A DNA stretch of 64,000 nucleotides from Mantamonas sphyraenae STR306 (GCA_026936335.1 JAPMXV010000056.1:310001-374000), one strand, 5' to 3'. Positions 27,312 to 41,282 are shown, counted from the stretch's first letter. Notes: generated by a model from the letters alone, not told the origin. Numbers and translations: made by a program.

Positions 27312-29476
27312 TCACAGTGAAATGCTGCCCTGGCGAAAGTCGTTCTTGCCGATGAGACAGTTGACGAGGACGGGCACGCCGTTGCGAGCACACTCCTTGG
27401 CACGTGCGAGGGCGTCGGGCAGTTCGTCCTCACTGGTGACCAGGATGCCCTCTGCGCCAAAGCCCTTGACGACCTCGTGATAGGGCACAAAGCCGAGTTG
27501 GGTGGCGACGTCGTCCTCAAAGATTCGGATCTGGTCGCGGTACATCTGCTGCCAGCAGCCATCGTTGCCAACGAGGGCAATGATGGGCAACTTGTGGCGC
27601 ACGTAGGTGTCAAACTCGGCAATGGTGTAGCCGCAGGAGCCGTCGCCATAGACAATCCACACCTCGCTGTCGGGCTTGATGAGCTTGGTGGCCATGGCAA
27701 AGCCAGCACCCACACCCAGGGTGCCAAACGTGCCCGGGTCCAACCAGGAGAGCGGGGCACGGGGACGGGTGAAGTAGGCAGCGGTGGCAACAAAGTCACC
27801 GCCATCGCCAATCATGATGCTGTTGTCGTCCAGGGCCTGGTCCAGGGCAAGGCACACGTTGACTGGGTTCATGTACTCCTCGGTGGGCTGCGTGGCAAAG
27901 GCCTCCAGGTTGGCCTTGTACTTGTCGGTCTCGCGTGTGTGGCACGTGTCCACCCACTGCTCCCAACTCTTGCGATTGGGCTTCTTGGATCCCTTGGCCA
28001 GGCTGGCCTGGACGTCGACAATAAACTGGCCCGGATCACACAGGACACCCAGGGTCGGGGCGCGGTTGTTGGACAGATCGTGGCTGGAGCGGTTGGCACT
28101 GATGACGGCCGTCTTGGACGGGATGCTGTAGCCATACTTCATGCGGAAGTCCAAGGGCACACCGGCCAGGATGACCAGATCGGACTCCTTGAGGGCCTTG
28201 CTGCGGTTGAGACGGAACTGGCAGGGATGGTTCTCACCCAGCAGACCACGTGCCATGCTGGACAGCCACACGGGGATGCCCAGGGCATCGATGGCAGCCA
28301 CGAGACGATCGATGTTGGAAGGCACAAGGAGGGCCTGGGAACTGACAATGAGCATGGGCTTGGAGGCACGTGCAAGCATGGCAGCAGCACGCTGGACACT
28401 GCTGCGAGGGGGTTGCATGGGATCGACGGGAAGGGGTCGAGGCACACGCACCATGTCGGGCACCGTGGCAAACTGGTTGTCCATGTGATAGTCGGCATAG
28501 GTGGCAATGACCCTGCTGGTGAGGCTCTTGCCCTTGCCCAGCATGGAGAGCAGTTCACTGCGCACCTGCTTCTCCTCGTAGAGGACATCCAAAGGGAATT
28601 CGACAAAGACCGGACCCGGGGTGCCCTCCTGGGCCATGTAGAAGGCTTGTTCCAGGGTGGGCACAATGTCGCGGATGGTGGACACTGTGGCAGTGTACTT
28701 GACAATGGGGGCAAAAAGGGAGATTTGGTCGATGTCCTGCAGTGCACCACGTCCCTTGAGCAGAGTGGGTGCACAGCCACCCATCAGCACCACCGGTGAC
28801 TGGGCCATCTGTGCGTTCTTCACGGCTGTGATGGTGTTGGTCAAGCCGGGGCCTGCGGTGACAATTGCTGCGCCTGCCTTTCCCGTCAAACGGGCCGAGG
28901 CATCGGCCGCAAAGACCGTGTTCACCTCGTGGCGCACATCCACCACTGCATGACACGCAAGAGAGCGGAACGAGGGGGGAAAGGGGGGGAAGGGGGGAGG
29001 GCACAGGATCAGCACAGGCGGTGAGAAAGCGAGAGGCGGAGGAAGAGAAAACATGCGACCCAAAAACACGTGTGTGCGGCACGGTAACGAGACAAGAAGG
29101 AAGTGGTGGAGGAGGGGAAGGAGAGAGGGGGGAGGGGACAGGGGACAGGGGGGGCAGGGGATGGAGACATTCACGTACCGTTGATTCCCTTGGCCTTGGC
29201 GGCAACGAGGATGGGAGCAATGTGGCCACCGGTGAGGGTAAAGAGGTTGTCCACACCGTGGCTGACGAGGGCGTCCGCCACAAGCTGGCCACCGTATTCA
29301 AACTTGACAGCGTTGGTGCGCTTGTTGCTCTTGCCCATGAGCCAAAAGACAAACACATAACGGTCGTTGGCGGCATAGCGGACAAGCTTGGAGAGGTAGT
29401 ACAGCGCAGCTGCGGTCACGATGGCGTTGCGCAGCGACAAGTTGCTATGGAAGAGCGACGAAATAGAGTTGCCCAT
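27312..29476 (-). CDS. ILVBL: TPP-dependent acetolactate synthase-like protein / 2-hydroxyacyl-CoA lyase 2
   Basis: N-terminal membrane anchor, FTLTGGHIAPIL, DVRHE, TAGPGLTNT, GRGALQDIDQ, GDGGDFVATA, WLDPGTFGTLGVGAGF, and the GDGS..ND TPP-binding motif. Intron 28946-29178. Confidence 0.93.
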
Positions 29477-29605
29477 TGTGTGTAGTGTGAAGGAAGTGGG
29501 GGGGGGGGGGGGGGAAGGAGGAGTGGGTGGGTGTGGATGTGGGTGTGGACGTGTGGTTGCACGTGCGCACCCCCTACCAATCCACACACACACACACACC
29601 CAACA

Positions 29606-30717
29606 ATGAGCGACGAACAACTCGACTCTGCTCTGGATTTGATGCGCCGTCTGCCACCGCAGGATGTGGACGAGAACCTGGGCGGTCTGCTGGACCTGGT
29701 GCCGGATCTGACGGACGACCTGTTGGCCGCTGTGGACCAGCCCCTGCAGGTGGCTGTGGACTCGTCCGGCCGCGACTACCTGCTCTGTGACTACAACCGT
29801 GACGCAGACTCGTTCCGGTAGGTGCACACGTGGGCGCAAGGAGAGGCGAGGGGGAGGGCAAGGGCAAGCGAAAGAGGAGGCAGAAGCGAGAGAAAGAGAG
29901 AGAGAGAGGGTTGCGGCCAAGAGAAGCCCCCATTTTTCTCTTTTTCGTGAGAGCAAGTGCAGGAGAAGGAAGAGATGGCTGACACGGAAAGAGGGAATGG
30001 CACTCATGGGAATGTGTGCGTGTGTGTGTTCTGGCTCCAGATCGCCTTGGACCAACGAGTACGACCCGCCGCTGGAGGACGGAGCTGCTCCGACTGACGA
30101 GCTGCGAGAGCTGGAGGTGCAGCTGAACGACGCGTTCAACGCGTACCGTGAGCTGTACTACGACGGTGGCATCTCGTCGGTGTACCTGTGGGACACAGAC
30201 GATGGATTTGCAGGATGCATCCTGATCAAGAAGTGTATGTGGCGTGCGAGGGAGGCGGGCAGGCGTTTTTTTTGCACGGGGAGAGGGAAAAACGTGGACG
30301 TGGATTGAGAACGGGGGAGCTGACACGCCATCACACACAGCCGCTGGCGTGGGCAACTGGGACTCGATCCATGTGATTGAGGTGGAGGACAACGGCAGCA
30401 CGGCCAACTACCGTCTGACGTCGACGGTGATGCTGTTTATGAAGAGCGAGCTGAGCAAGGGTGGCGACTGCAACCTGAGCGGCTCCATGACGCGGCTGGC
30501 AACCAACGAGGGCCAGGGCGTGAGCAGCTCGACGCCGCACATTGTCAACATCGGCAAGATGGTGGAGGACATGGAGATTAAGATGCGCAACACGCTGCAG
30601 TCGGTGTACTTTGAGCGCACCTTTGACATTGTCTACGAGCTGCGTTCGTACGAGCACTCTTCAGAGACCAAGCGACGCAAGGATCTGTCCAGCAAGGTGG
30701 CTGCCAACCTGGGATAA
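29606..30717 (+). CDS. CAPZB: F-actin capping protein beta subunit (2 introns)
   Basis: [67 protein letters not shown]. Confidence 0.97.
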
Positions 30718-30876
30718 GCACACACTCACTTGAGTGCTCGCACACACAATGCACATGCGCAGCTGGGATGGTTTTCTGGAGGGGGGGGCGACGTCACAAA
30801 GAAATGGAAGTGGAACCCGCTGCATTGTTGCCCATTGTTGCATGTGTGTGTTGGAGAGAGAGAAGGGAATGGATGG

Positions 30877-31593
30877 TCATGAACTGTTGTTGCTGTTGTC
30901 GGTGGTGGTGGTGGTGGTGGTGTCTGCTTGGGATGGTTCAGCAGGGATGCCCTGTTCGGAAGGAGGCGACTGCTCAGAGTCCACCTTTCCGTCTTCCTCT
31001 GTGCTGTTGCTGCCCTTGCCCTGGTCTGGATTGCGGCTCCATGCCCAATGGTTAAACTGTTGGGTGTACAACGTGCGTGCATACGCCGCCTGGAGCAGTT
31101 CCGTGCGGAAGCGCTCCTTTTGCAGCATGTCCAGCATGAGAAGACACTGCGGATACACAATGTACCGTGCATACTGCGGCTGTTTCCAGTAGCACAGGTA
31201 ACGCAGGTAGTTGATCATCCGTGGGTCCTGCAACAGCTTGTTGACGGCGAGATCTGGGACGGCGTGCGCATTGGGATTGGAGGTCAGCGCAGCGAGGGGA
31301 AAAAACCCGGCACGTGCAAGCGTCCCACATCAGTCGGGTGGGAATTCAGTGCACGCGTGTGGAAACCCACAATGAAGATAGTCTGTGTTGGCCAGACACT
31401 GTACAAACTCCAGTTCGGCCTGGAAGCGACGGCGTTGTTGTTCGTTGTCCAGCTGCACGGAACGGACAACATACTGGGTGCCTGTGTCCTGTGAATGGCC
31501 CAGTGAAGAGGAGGAGGAAGAAGAGGCAGAGTGTGGTGCAGTGGCATCGTCTGCAGGAGTGGTGGTGTCACCGTGTACAGGCTCAGCATCCAT
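30877..31593 (-). CDS. MED31: Mediator subunit 31 (SOH1)
   Basis: RFQAELEFVQCLAN..YLH|YLA..FINYL-like MINYLRYLCYWKQPQYARYIVYPQCL. One intron. The start could instead be 31611. Confidence 0.93.
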
Positions 31594-31653
31594 GCCGTCC
31601 TCCACCTCCATCACCCCCAAGACAAACACCGGGTGTGGGTTGATTTGGGCGCA

Positions 31654-33609
31654 ATGTCGGGCAAGCGGGCACATTCCATCCAGGAGTTTGCGGCACACAC
31701 AGAAAAGATCAACTGTCTGAGCATTGGCAGGCGCAGCGGACGTGTCATGGTCACCGGTGGCGACGACAAGATGGTGAACATCTTTGCCGTCGGCAAAACC
31801 ACGGCCATCATGGTGGGTTGGCTGCAGGAATAGCCACAAGCAACGTGATGGATGGTGTTGGCCCTGGTATGACTGACCCCATGGATCCATCCACAGAGTC
31901 TGAGCGGCCATTCGAGCGCGGTGGAATGCGTTTCTTTCGACGCGGCCGAGGAGGTCGTGGTGGCCGGCTCTTCCTCAGGCACACTCAAGATGTGGGACCT
32001 GGAACAGGCCAAAGGTGCGTTTGTTTTCTGTTGCAACAACATCATGCAACACGCAGAACCACTGACAACCACGTATGCCGTGCGGCGTTCTCCCCCAAAA
32101 ATCCCCTGAACCCTTCTTCGGCTCCCACCCAACACGGGCCCAGTGGTGCGTACGCTGACGGGCCACAAGGCCAATGCCCTCAGTGTGGACTTTCACCCCT
32201 ACGGCGAGTTCTTTGCATCGGGTTCACTGGATACAAACGTCAAAGTGTGGGATATTCGACGCAAAAGGTGGGTTTGGCGCCAAATTTGGGCGCGAGCGAG
32301 ACCCGGTGCTGCGGGCGATGGGCTGACAACCGGTGACACAGCTGCATCCAAACATACCGGGGCCACGAAGAGGGAGTGCGTGCGCTGACGTTCTCGCCGG
32401 ATGGGCGCTGGCTGGTGTCTGGATGCGACGACGGCACAGCACGGCTATGGGATCTGACGGCGGGCAAGCAGCTGTTCTCGTTTGAGCACGACGGGCCCGT
32501 GACCAGTCTGCAATTCCATCCCAACGAGTTTGTGCTTGCCACAGGCTCTGCAGACAAGACCGTCAAGTTCTGGGACTTGGAGGTATGGAAAGGGAGACAC
32601 TCGCGTTGTGGGGACGCTGAAGAGGGGAGGTGGGGGGAAATGAGCACGTGTGTGTGTGTGGGTGGGTGGAGTTGTTGACGCAACACACACACACACACAC
32701 GCACACGCACACACGCACACACTCACACGCTCAACACACGTGCACACACAGAACTTTGAGTTGATTTCGCAGACGAGCAAGGACACGACTGGAGTGCGGA
32801 CGATGGAGTTCAGCGAGGACGGAAGCTGCCTGCTGGCGGCCCATCAGGACTCGCTCAAGGTGTGGCAGGTGGAGCCAGCGGAGAATCTGGATTCGCTGAT
32901 GGTGCCCTGGAACAACATTGCGCAGCTGTCGATCACAGACAACAAGCTGTTGGGTTGTGCGTTCAACAACACGCTGGTGAGTGTGTGGCTGGTGAACCTG
33001 CAACGGGTGGCTCCGTTCTGCGACCTCAACAACACAACCACGCCTGTGTCGATCGTCTCATCGGATAAAGTGCAACGACGCGTGGACGAGGAGCGTCAGG
33101 CTGAAGAGGCACGTCGGGATCAGCTGCGTTCGCGGTACGAACCCAAACAGCAGCAGAAGCAACAGCAGCAGCAGGATGATACGAACGGAAGAGGACGAGG
33201 CAGGGGATGGGGACGATGAGGCAGAGGAAGCACAGACACAGGGTTCACACGGGAGTGGCAGTGGACAGAAGCGGGTGCAGACACGAACCACAGTGACGTC
33301 GACGAGTGGCGAGAGTGTGACGACAGGGAACGAAGGAGGAGGAGGAGGAGGAGGCAGCAGCAGCCATTCGATTGCAGTGGGTGATTCGCAGCCATTGGAT
33401 CAAGAGACACTGTCTGGGATCCGGCGGACGAGCGAAAGTGGTAAACAGCATGACCCATACAGGCTGTCGAACCGGAAAGAGCAGCGGTGGTGGTGACGAC
33501 GAGTTTGCCAACATGGACGAGGAGACGGCGTTTGGATTGAGGAACAAACGACGGGGTCAGGATGCAGTGGTGAACAAGCGAAACACAAGCAACGCGGGGA
33601 TCGGGGCAG

Positions 33610-33645
<36 letters not shown>

Positions 33646-34319
33646 ACAGCGACAGCAGCAGTGGGAACAGTGGAAACAGTGGAAGGACAGATGGGATTGT
33701 GTCGTTGGGTGACCAGCCGGTGGGATTGGATCCGGAGGAGTTTATGCCGAGTGTGGGGGGCAAGGCAGGCAAGAGCAAGACTGCAAGCGAGGAGAGCATC
33801 ATGGCAGAGGTGTTGGGAGACAACCTGGCCATCCAAGGAGTGGTGTCCAACAGGCTGACCAAGACCAAGGCTGTGTTGGGGCTGTGGAAACGGGGCGAAT
33901 CGAGGGAAGCGATGGCGGCGCTGGTCAAAGCCAACGACACGGCGGTGTTGAAGGATGTGATGGATGCACTGCTGAGCCAACAGGGAGGGTTTACACTGGA
34001 CATGGCAGTGGAGGTGTTGCCGCAGCTGCCTCAACTGCTCAACTCCACGTACGAAGACCAGATTGTGACGGGACTGGAGGCGACCATGGGACTGGTCAAG
34101 GCGTTTGGGGCATTGATTTCCAACACGCGTGCAGCTGCCAAGAAGAGTGTGGGTGTGGACCTGTCCATGGAGGAGAGGCTGGAAAAGTGCAACACGTGCT
34201 ACGAGGCCCTGGTGCTGATCTACAACCTCAGCAACAACCTGACCACAGCACAGGGCAAGGTGGGACCTGCAGCACGACAGACTGTGTCGCTGATGGAAAC
34301 CAGTGTGATTGAGCCATGA
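31654..34319 (+). CDS. KATNB1: Katanin p80 WD40 regulatory subunit (4 introns; two apparent frameshifts in the linker)
   Basis: [67 protein letters not shown], and the C-terminal con80 domain [14 protein letters not shown]. Confidence 0.95.
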
Positions 34320-34384
34320 GTGAATGAGGGGGAGGGGGGGGGGCCAGCGCAAATGGAAGCAAGGATTTTCGGAAAGAGACGACG

Positions 34385-37300
34385 ATGACAACGACGCGTT
34401 TTGTCATTGCGGTTGTGACCATCCTCGCCGTGAGCATGCTTGCCAGCGCAGATCTGTCTGCGGTGCGCAACGCCTACTTCCAGTCGTCGTCGGCAGCCGG
34501 TGCCGGCGGCGCAGTGAGCGTGCAGCCGGGCAAGAGCGCCTTCAGCGCGCTCCCCGGCTCCATTGGCGCCTTTCAGGCCCAGAACGGTGGCTTCCGCAAC
34601 ACGGCCGACGCCAAGGCGCCCGTGACCCTCGAGGCCACCGCACACGCTCTCTTCCTGAGTGCCCTGTATGGCCGCGCAAGCGAGGTAAGCTGCAAAGCGG
34701 GCGGGAGCCACGTGGCAAAATTTGTGAACCGTGGAGCCGGCGCTGTGACACGGACACTGACACCCTCCTCGCACCCTCCCAGCCCCACGTGCGCACCTAC
34801 GAGGCAGCCCGCTACCTGGCGTCGCTGCAGAACGGAGACTATGGGTACGGAAAGGCACGTGGACGTGCGTCGGACCTGACCTCGGTGTACCTGAGTCTGT
34901 TGGGCTTGTCGTACGTGGGCCAGCCGCCCAGCAACCCGGAAAAGGTGGCCGCGTTTGTCAACAACAACTTTGACAGCGAAAAGGGCATGTACCACAGCCT
35001 GGGCTACGACGTGTCCATCAAGGCATCGGCCCACGCCGTGCTGGCTCTGCAGCTGCTGCAGCAACAGCCCTCGTCGGCCATTGTCACCGGCTTGCATGCG
35101 ACCCTGGACGCCGCCGCCAAGAGCGACGGTTCCTTTGACTTTGACGATTCGTCGCTGAGCAAGGTGAGTGTGTGTGTGAAGCCTGTGTGGGAGTGTGTGC
35201 ACACGCGTGGCCGTCTGTGGGGCGTGCGGGGCGGGAAACGACGGAAGCCCCCACACGCGCCAGAGGGAAATCAGACATTGTCGCGCGGTTGGCGAAAGAC
35301 GTCGACAAACACCAAAAAGGCAGCAAGCTGACACCGAATGCGTGATGGAACAACGACATCGCCACACACACACCACCATGTGCACACAGGTGGCAGCCAT
35401 CCACTATGCTGTGACGGTTGCAGCAGGCAGCAAGTACACGCTGAAGGCAGCGCAGAACACAGCCGACCTGCTGGCCAGCGAACTGGACTCGGGCGTGCTG
35501 TCGCTCGTGGACACACAGCGTGCCATCGGTGCGCTCAAGACGCTCAAGGCCGAGTTTGGCGTGTCGGCTGAGTTTGACGTGGAGGCGTGCCTGGCACGCG
35601 TGCAGGCTGGCGTGAAGGATGTGGTGTCTGCCGGCACGGCGCATCTGGCCTTTGCCCAGATGCCCAACGACCTGTTTGCCAACAGCTTTGTGGCCAAGGC
35701 GTCGTACGAGGTGCTGGACGCCCAGGCGGTGCAGTCGCACATCCCAGAGGGCACTCAGGTGAAGCCCGTGCTGCGTGTGAGCAACCAGGACGGATTGGCC
35801 CACGAGAACCTTGCCGTGAGCCTGCGTCTCAACGACGCCGACCCGGCCAAGCTGGCCTGGGACAAGAGCAGCCGTGGCTACCAGCATGGCGAGTTTATCG
35901 ACACCAAGCGTCGTCTGGGCAAGGCCGACTTTGCCTACAGCATGGCCTACGAGGTGGCAGGGCTGGGCAAGGTGGAGTTGTCGCTGTTGGATGCAAAGAC
36001 CATTGGGTATGGAGTGGAGGTGAATGCGGAGGCCACCCTGAACGGACGCCGCGTGGAGGAGGGAGAGGCAGTGAGCATGGGCACGGAGTTTGACTTTGCC
36101 CTGACGCTGAGCAACAAGGACGAGAGCAACATCCGCTCGGGTGACTTTAAGGTGCACTTTGCCGTGTTGGATGCATCGGACGTGGTGGTGCACGAGGAAA
36201 CCAAGGCGGCGGGAGGCGAGATTGCCTTTGGCTGGACGCTGGCCGCCGAGGTGAACATGCCCTCGGGAGCCGTCAAGTTCCGCTTCCAGGTCTCCAACGC
36301 AGGCGTGGGCGTGCACACGACGGTGGTCAAGAGCTACGCATTCACCGTGCCCATGGTGGCCTCGCAGATTGTGTTTACGGGCTTCTCGCGCAACGACGCA
36401 GCCGAGTACAAGCTGGGCGAGACGGTGCAGGTGTCGATGGTGCCTGCGTCGACGCCGGACCTGCGCTCACTCAACGCATTTGGCGTGGAGAGCATGGAGG
36501 CACGCACGTTTGTGATGGACGTCAAGACGGTGGGTGGCTACCTGTTGGCGAGCAGCAAGGGCGTGGGCAGCGGCGACCAGGAGGGACACGCCAAGTACAC
36601 GTTTGACATGGAGATTGCATCGAGTTTGGACATGGTGGGCACCAGCATGATCAGCTTCCGCTACGAGACGGCGGAGGGTGAGAGTGTGGAGCTGCAGTCG
36701 TACGACTCGTTCTACGGCGAGCTGTTTGAAGACACCAGCTCGCTCAACTTTACGGTGGAGGCGTCGCTGGTGGTGGACGAGGTGACCAAGGAGCCGCAGA
36801 GCAGCAGTGTGGTGTACGGCACGGAGCTGGAATTTGGCTTTGGCGTGAAGGACACCAAGAGCGGCGTGGCGGTGAAGAACGGCAAGAGTGGACGCGTGGA
36901 GATTGCACTGCAGTACGCCATGCAGAACGGCAAGCTGTTTACGAGCATGAGCAAGGCGGCTGTGGAGGAGCGCACGGGCGGATTTGCAGCCACGTGGGTG
37001 GTGGATCCCAACGCAGTGCGCGGCAAGGCGGTGCTGTCGGTGCTGGCCAAGAACGCGGACGGCGTGTTGCTGCCCCTGACACGCAAGGGCAGCAACAAGG
37101 CGGTGTCGTATGCTGTGGAGATTGGCGGCGACATCGACGTGCAGTCGCAGTCGTACTCGACGTCGACGCAGGAGTCGCGCGAGACTGTGTTTGCTGTGGA
37201 GTTTGACCTGTTCTGCAAGGGCCAGAAGCTGCGTGACGCGCAGCTGGTGGTGGACGTGGTGCTGGACAACGGTGGCGCCCAGGGCGAGGCTGTGGTCCAG

Positions 37301-37609
37301 CAGGCTCTGCCTGTGCTGGTCAACGAGTCGGGCAGCTACCAGGTGAGCTGGGCGCTGAAGCACGAGCAGGCCCCGACTGGCAACTACCAGCTGCAGTTCT
37401 ACCGTGAAGTGGACATGAAGAAGCAGCAGCAGAGCGCCAAGGGCTTGCCCAGCGCCCCGCTGACGCCCGTGTTTACCCTTGTGGTGGAACACACCGCCGC
37501 CCAGAGCATGGACCAACTTGTGCGCTCGCACTCGGTGGTCATTGTGCTTCTCACTGCCCTGGTGCTGTATCTGCAGGGCCAGAAGAAGGAGCTGTTTGCA
37601 CGTGGATGA
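34385..37609 (+). CDS. Large type I ER membrane protein: signal peptide, prenyltransferase-like alpha/alpha repeats, Ig-like domains and a C-terminal TRAP-delta (SSR4) domain
   Basis: Exons 34385-34684, 34783-35163, 35390-37609. Repeats FQAQNGGF, YLASLQNGDYGY, NFDSEKGMY, KSDGSF. C-terminus ETVFAVEFDLFCK..YQVSWALKHEQAPTGNYQLQFY..PVFTLVVEH followed by a TM helix, matching TRAP-delta. Confidence 0.72.
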
Positions 37610-37654
37610 TTTGAGCGAGCAAAGGGGAATGGAAAAGGATTTCGGATTTCGATT

Positions 37655-38034
37655 TCAAGCATAGACACGCCGGCCGTTCAGGTCATAACCCACCACTCGA
37701 CCTGTATGGGTGATATCCATGGCCAAGGGGTTTTCTGAACCGGTGGCGATGGCGTACTTGGCTGCAGTGCGTCGTTTGTTGCGTCGCTTGCTGTTGTGGT
37801 TGCGGCCTTTCTTCTTGCTGCTGCTGCTGCTGCTGTTGCTGTTGCCACCGCTGGTGCTCTTCTTCAACGTGGGCTTTGAACCCACGAGACCCAGAGCCAG
37901 GTCGGCTGCGTCGCCTTGGGATTCGTTGTAGTGGCGTCGCGCCGATCGAGACAGTTGTGGCGGACCCTGTGGCAGGCTGTGAGTGTCGATGCCCAGCGAG
38001 GTATCCAGGGTACGTTTGGCCTTGCTGTTGTTGG

Positions 38035-38070
<36 letters not shown>

Positions 38071-38369
38071 TGGAGTCTCTGTTTGCGTAGTGGCCTGTTT
38101 TGCGTGTGGAGGACGAGCTGGTGCGGTTGCGAGACGCGCTGCTGTTCTTGCGTTTTGCTCGTTTACCCGTGGAGGAGACACGCGTGGCTGCAGAGGAGGA
38201 GGAGGAGGAGGAGGGTGGGGTCGTGGTGGGCCCAGGGGAAAACGTCGAATGGGTGGACGGAGGGCTGGGAGGCGACACCTCGACAGAGAGCGTGGTGACG
38301 GGCAGATTGACCACGCGTTTGGCCTTTTTGGTGTGTACAGTAGTGGCGGTGGAGGAGGTGGAGGAGGGG

Positions 38370-38400
<31 letters not shown>

Positions 38401-41282
38401 TGTGTGGCGTGGACTCGAGAGAGGAGAGACGTGCGTCATAGTGGGAGTCTGAATCGCCACCGAGCATGACTTGGATGTCACTGGCGTCGTCTGTGTCGGC
38501 TGTGCCAGAGCGTGCTCTCTGCTGTAAAGGTTTGCCGCCGGCAGTGGTTGCAGACAGCTGGTTGTTCTGCGAATGATTGCTGATGGTGGAGGAGTTTGAG
38601 TTGGAAGAGGCGGCCACACCTCCCACGCCAGTGGAGGAGGAGCTGCGTCTGCGTCGAAGGGTCTTTTCGGTGCTTTCGGACAGCAGATGATACTGCTGCT
38701 GGGGTTGCTGCTGCTGCTGGGGCTGCTGTTGGCTGTTCTGCGAGGTGCGCCCACTGGTTGCGTTGTTGCTGCCCGTGCTGCTCCCACCACCTGTGAGCGT
38801 GGCCGTTGATGTGTGTGTGTGCTGTTGGTGTGTGTGATAGTCATGCAGCCATGTGTCGTCGTCGCTGGCAGTGCTGAGGGACGATTCAGGTCTGTCCCAG
38901 AAATCGTACTGGACAAGGTGGTCGAGCCCGTTGTCGACCAGGATCCTGCGCTGTTGGTCGATGATTTGCTGCTGGATGTCCAGTTGGACCTTGAGCTCCA
39001 TGGTGCTGACCTCGAGCATCTGGGAATGGATGAGGAGCTCGAGCACCTGACGCCGCTCCTTCTTGGTGATCTTTTCGCCCATTTGCGAACGCAGATTCTT
39101 GCTGAACTGTTCGTTCTTGGTGAGGCCTTCCTGAAGCTGTTCTTTGGTGCGTTGATTGCGCGCTTCGTTGCGCTGGAGCACGGCCTGCTCGGCCTCGAGG
39201 AGCTCGAGGCGTTCCCGCACCTCTTCCGACCCTGCACTGTAGTCGCTGAGCTGTGCGATTTCTGCACTGTTGCGCGCCATGGCCTGTTTGTTGTTCATGG
39301 ACGTGTCCTCCAGCTCGATGAGGCTCTTTTTCAGCTGCATGCGCTCCTCAAAGTTGCTGACAAACTCGCTCTGGAGGCGGGACATGAATTGGGACTCGAG
39401 GATGGAATCTGCACGCTTGCGCATGCCTCCTTCCTGTCGTAGCCTCTGTACCATGCGCGGTTTGGCCTGAACGAGGCTTGGTTGAGAGGAGCTGCTGAGG
39501 GTGGAGTCGCTACCGTCGTTGCTTTCGTTGCTCTTGCTTGCGGACAGGCGAGGGAAGCTGAACTTGCCCTGGTTGCGCGAATGAGCCATGGATCGTTGGT
39601 AGGGATTCATGAGCGACTCGTCCTCTTCGGGCAACTCGACTATTTGTACAAGTGGAGAGGACAGCGAGTGGGGGTCGTCATCGTCATCCTCGTCCTCGTC
39701 GTCCCCGATGTCCTCGTCCTCGTCATCGTCCTCGTCGTCCAGGGTGCCCTTGGAGGTGAGCTGGTCCTTGAGCTCGCTGATTTCCAGGCGCAGGTCGGAG
39801 ATGATGCGCTGGTACTCCTTGATGTGGTAGTTGACAGTCTTGACATTCTTGCGGCTTTCGATTTGGATGTTCTTTGCGCGGTTGGCATACTTGAGGGTGT
39901 TGAGGGTCTCTTCAAAATGCATGGCGGCGGGACTGACATTGGCAATCATGACAGTGCGACAGCTGCCGCCGAGGGAGTCTTTGAGAAGGCGTGTGAGCTT
40001 GGAGTCGCGGTATGGTACAAACTGGCCTTTGCGCTTGTTGTCGCCGAGGACGTTGATGACGTTGGCCAGTGCGAGGAGGGATCGGTTGATATTGGCCCCT
40101 TCCACAAGTCGTTTGCCCTTGTTCTGTGTGTTTGTGGCGCGTTCGGAGCCTGCAAGGTCAATGAGGGAGAGTTTGCCCGTGGTCCAGGCATGAGAGATGT
40201 CCGCGGTGCGCTTTTTACAGCCAACGACAATCTGACAGACGGCGTGGGATCGGGAGGAGGTGGCGTTGGCCATGGTGGGTTCGACGGTGCGGTTGCGATT
40301 GCCCATCTGGAGGAGTTCCATAACCTGGTCGGTGGAATGGACGGGGTGTTCGGAGAGATTGGCCACGGTGACGCCCTGCATGGGGTCCTCGCGCAGGTCC
40401 AGGTGCTGTTCGGTGTCGGCGAGCAAGTCGCGAACATTTTCGTTGTATACCTCGAGGTAGGAGATGGATACGGAAGTGGTGAGGTCTGTGCGGGAGGAAA
40501 TAGCTTCAAACAGAGCCTCGACGGTAAGGACCATGACGCCCGGGTGTTCCTCGGTGCCCAGCATGGTGTGTGTCTTGCCTGCTCCTGTGGCGCCATAGGC
40601 AAACACGGTGGCGTTGTACCCGTTGATGACGTTGTCGATGAGGGGACTGTGGGAAAGCAGGGCGGAGGCAAAAGACGGCGGGGGTCGGTGAGCAGGTTGC
40701 TGGGAAAACGGTTGTTGTGGGAATAGGCAAGGCGGCAGAGGAGGTGTTGTGGGAGGGTAGGAGGGGGCAAGGTGGAAGCAGGAAAGGGAGAGAAGGACGG
40801 GGGAAAGGGGGAGGGGGAAGTGGTGTGTGTGGGGTGGGAGTAACACACCGTGTGGAGTTGTCAAAGACGTGTTGCTGAGAAGCGGTTTCGCCAAAGACAA
40901 GGTCAAAGGCAAACTGCTTCTCACGGGAGCGGTTTGCACGGAGGTAATCCGTGGAATGATGTGTGGGTTCGTCAACGACCACGAGGTTGTCTGGCACAGT
41001 GCGCACAATGGCTTCCTCGCCGTTGCGGAGTTCGCGCTGGGCGAGGGGTCGAATCCGGACGAGGACGCGAAGGGAAGAGGCAGGCGATGAGGAGGAAGAT
41101 GAGGACGATGAAGAGGCCGAGGTACGTTCCACTGTGTTTCGGGAGCGATGAGGGGACTGTCTGTGTGGCTTGGGGGAGGAAGATAACCGCGCCAGGTCGT
41201 CGTCGGGCGGTATGCTGGAGGACGAGGTGGACACGGGTGACGTGGGCCGATTGGAAGTGTCCTCCTGCGCGTGGGTCGACAT
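37655..41282 (-). CDS. Kinesin-8 family motor (KIF18/KIF19-like)
   Basis: VLVRIRP, DYLRANRSREKQFAFD, GYNATVFAYGATGAGKTHTM, NATSSRSHA, LIDLAGSER, EGANINRSLLAL, VPYRDSKLTRLLKDSLGG. Intron 40647-40848. Confidence 0.93.

Noticed and set aside
28946-29178. TPP riboswitch in the ILVBL intron
   Set aside because: The conserved CUGAGA and CCUGA..GAUAAUGC elements were not found.
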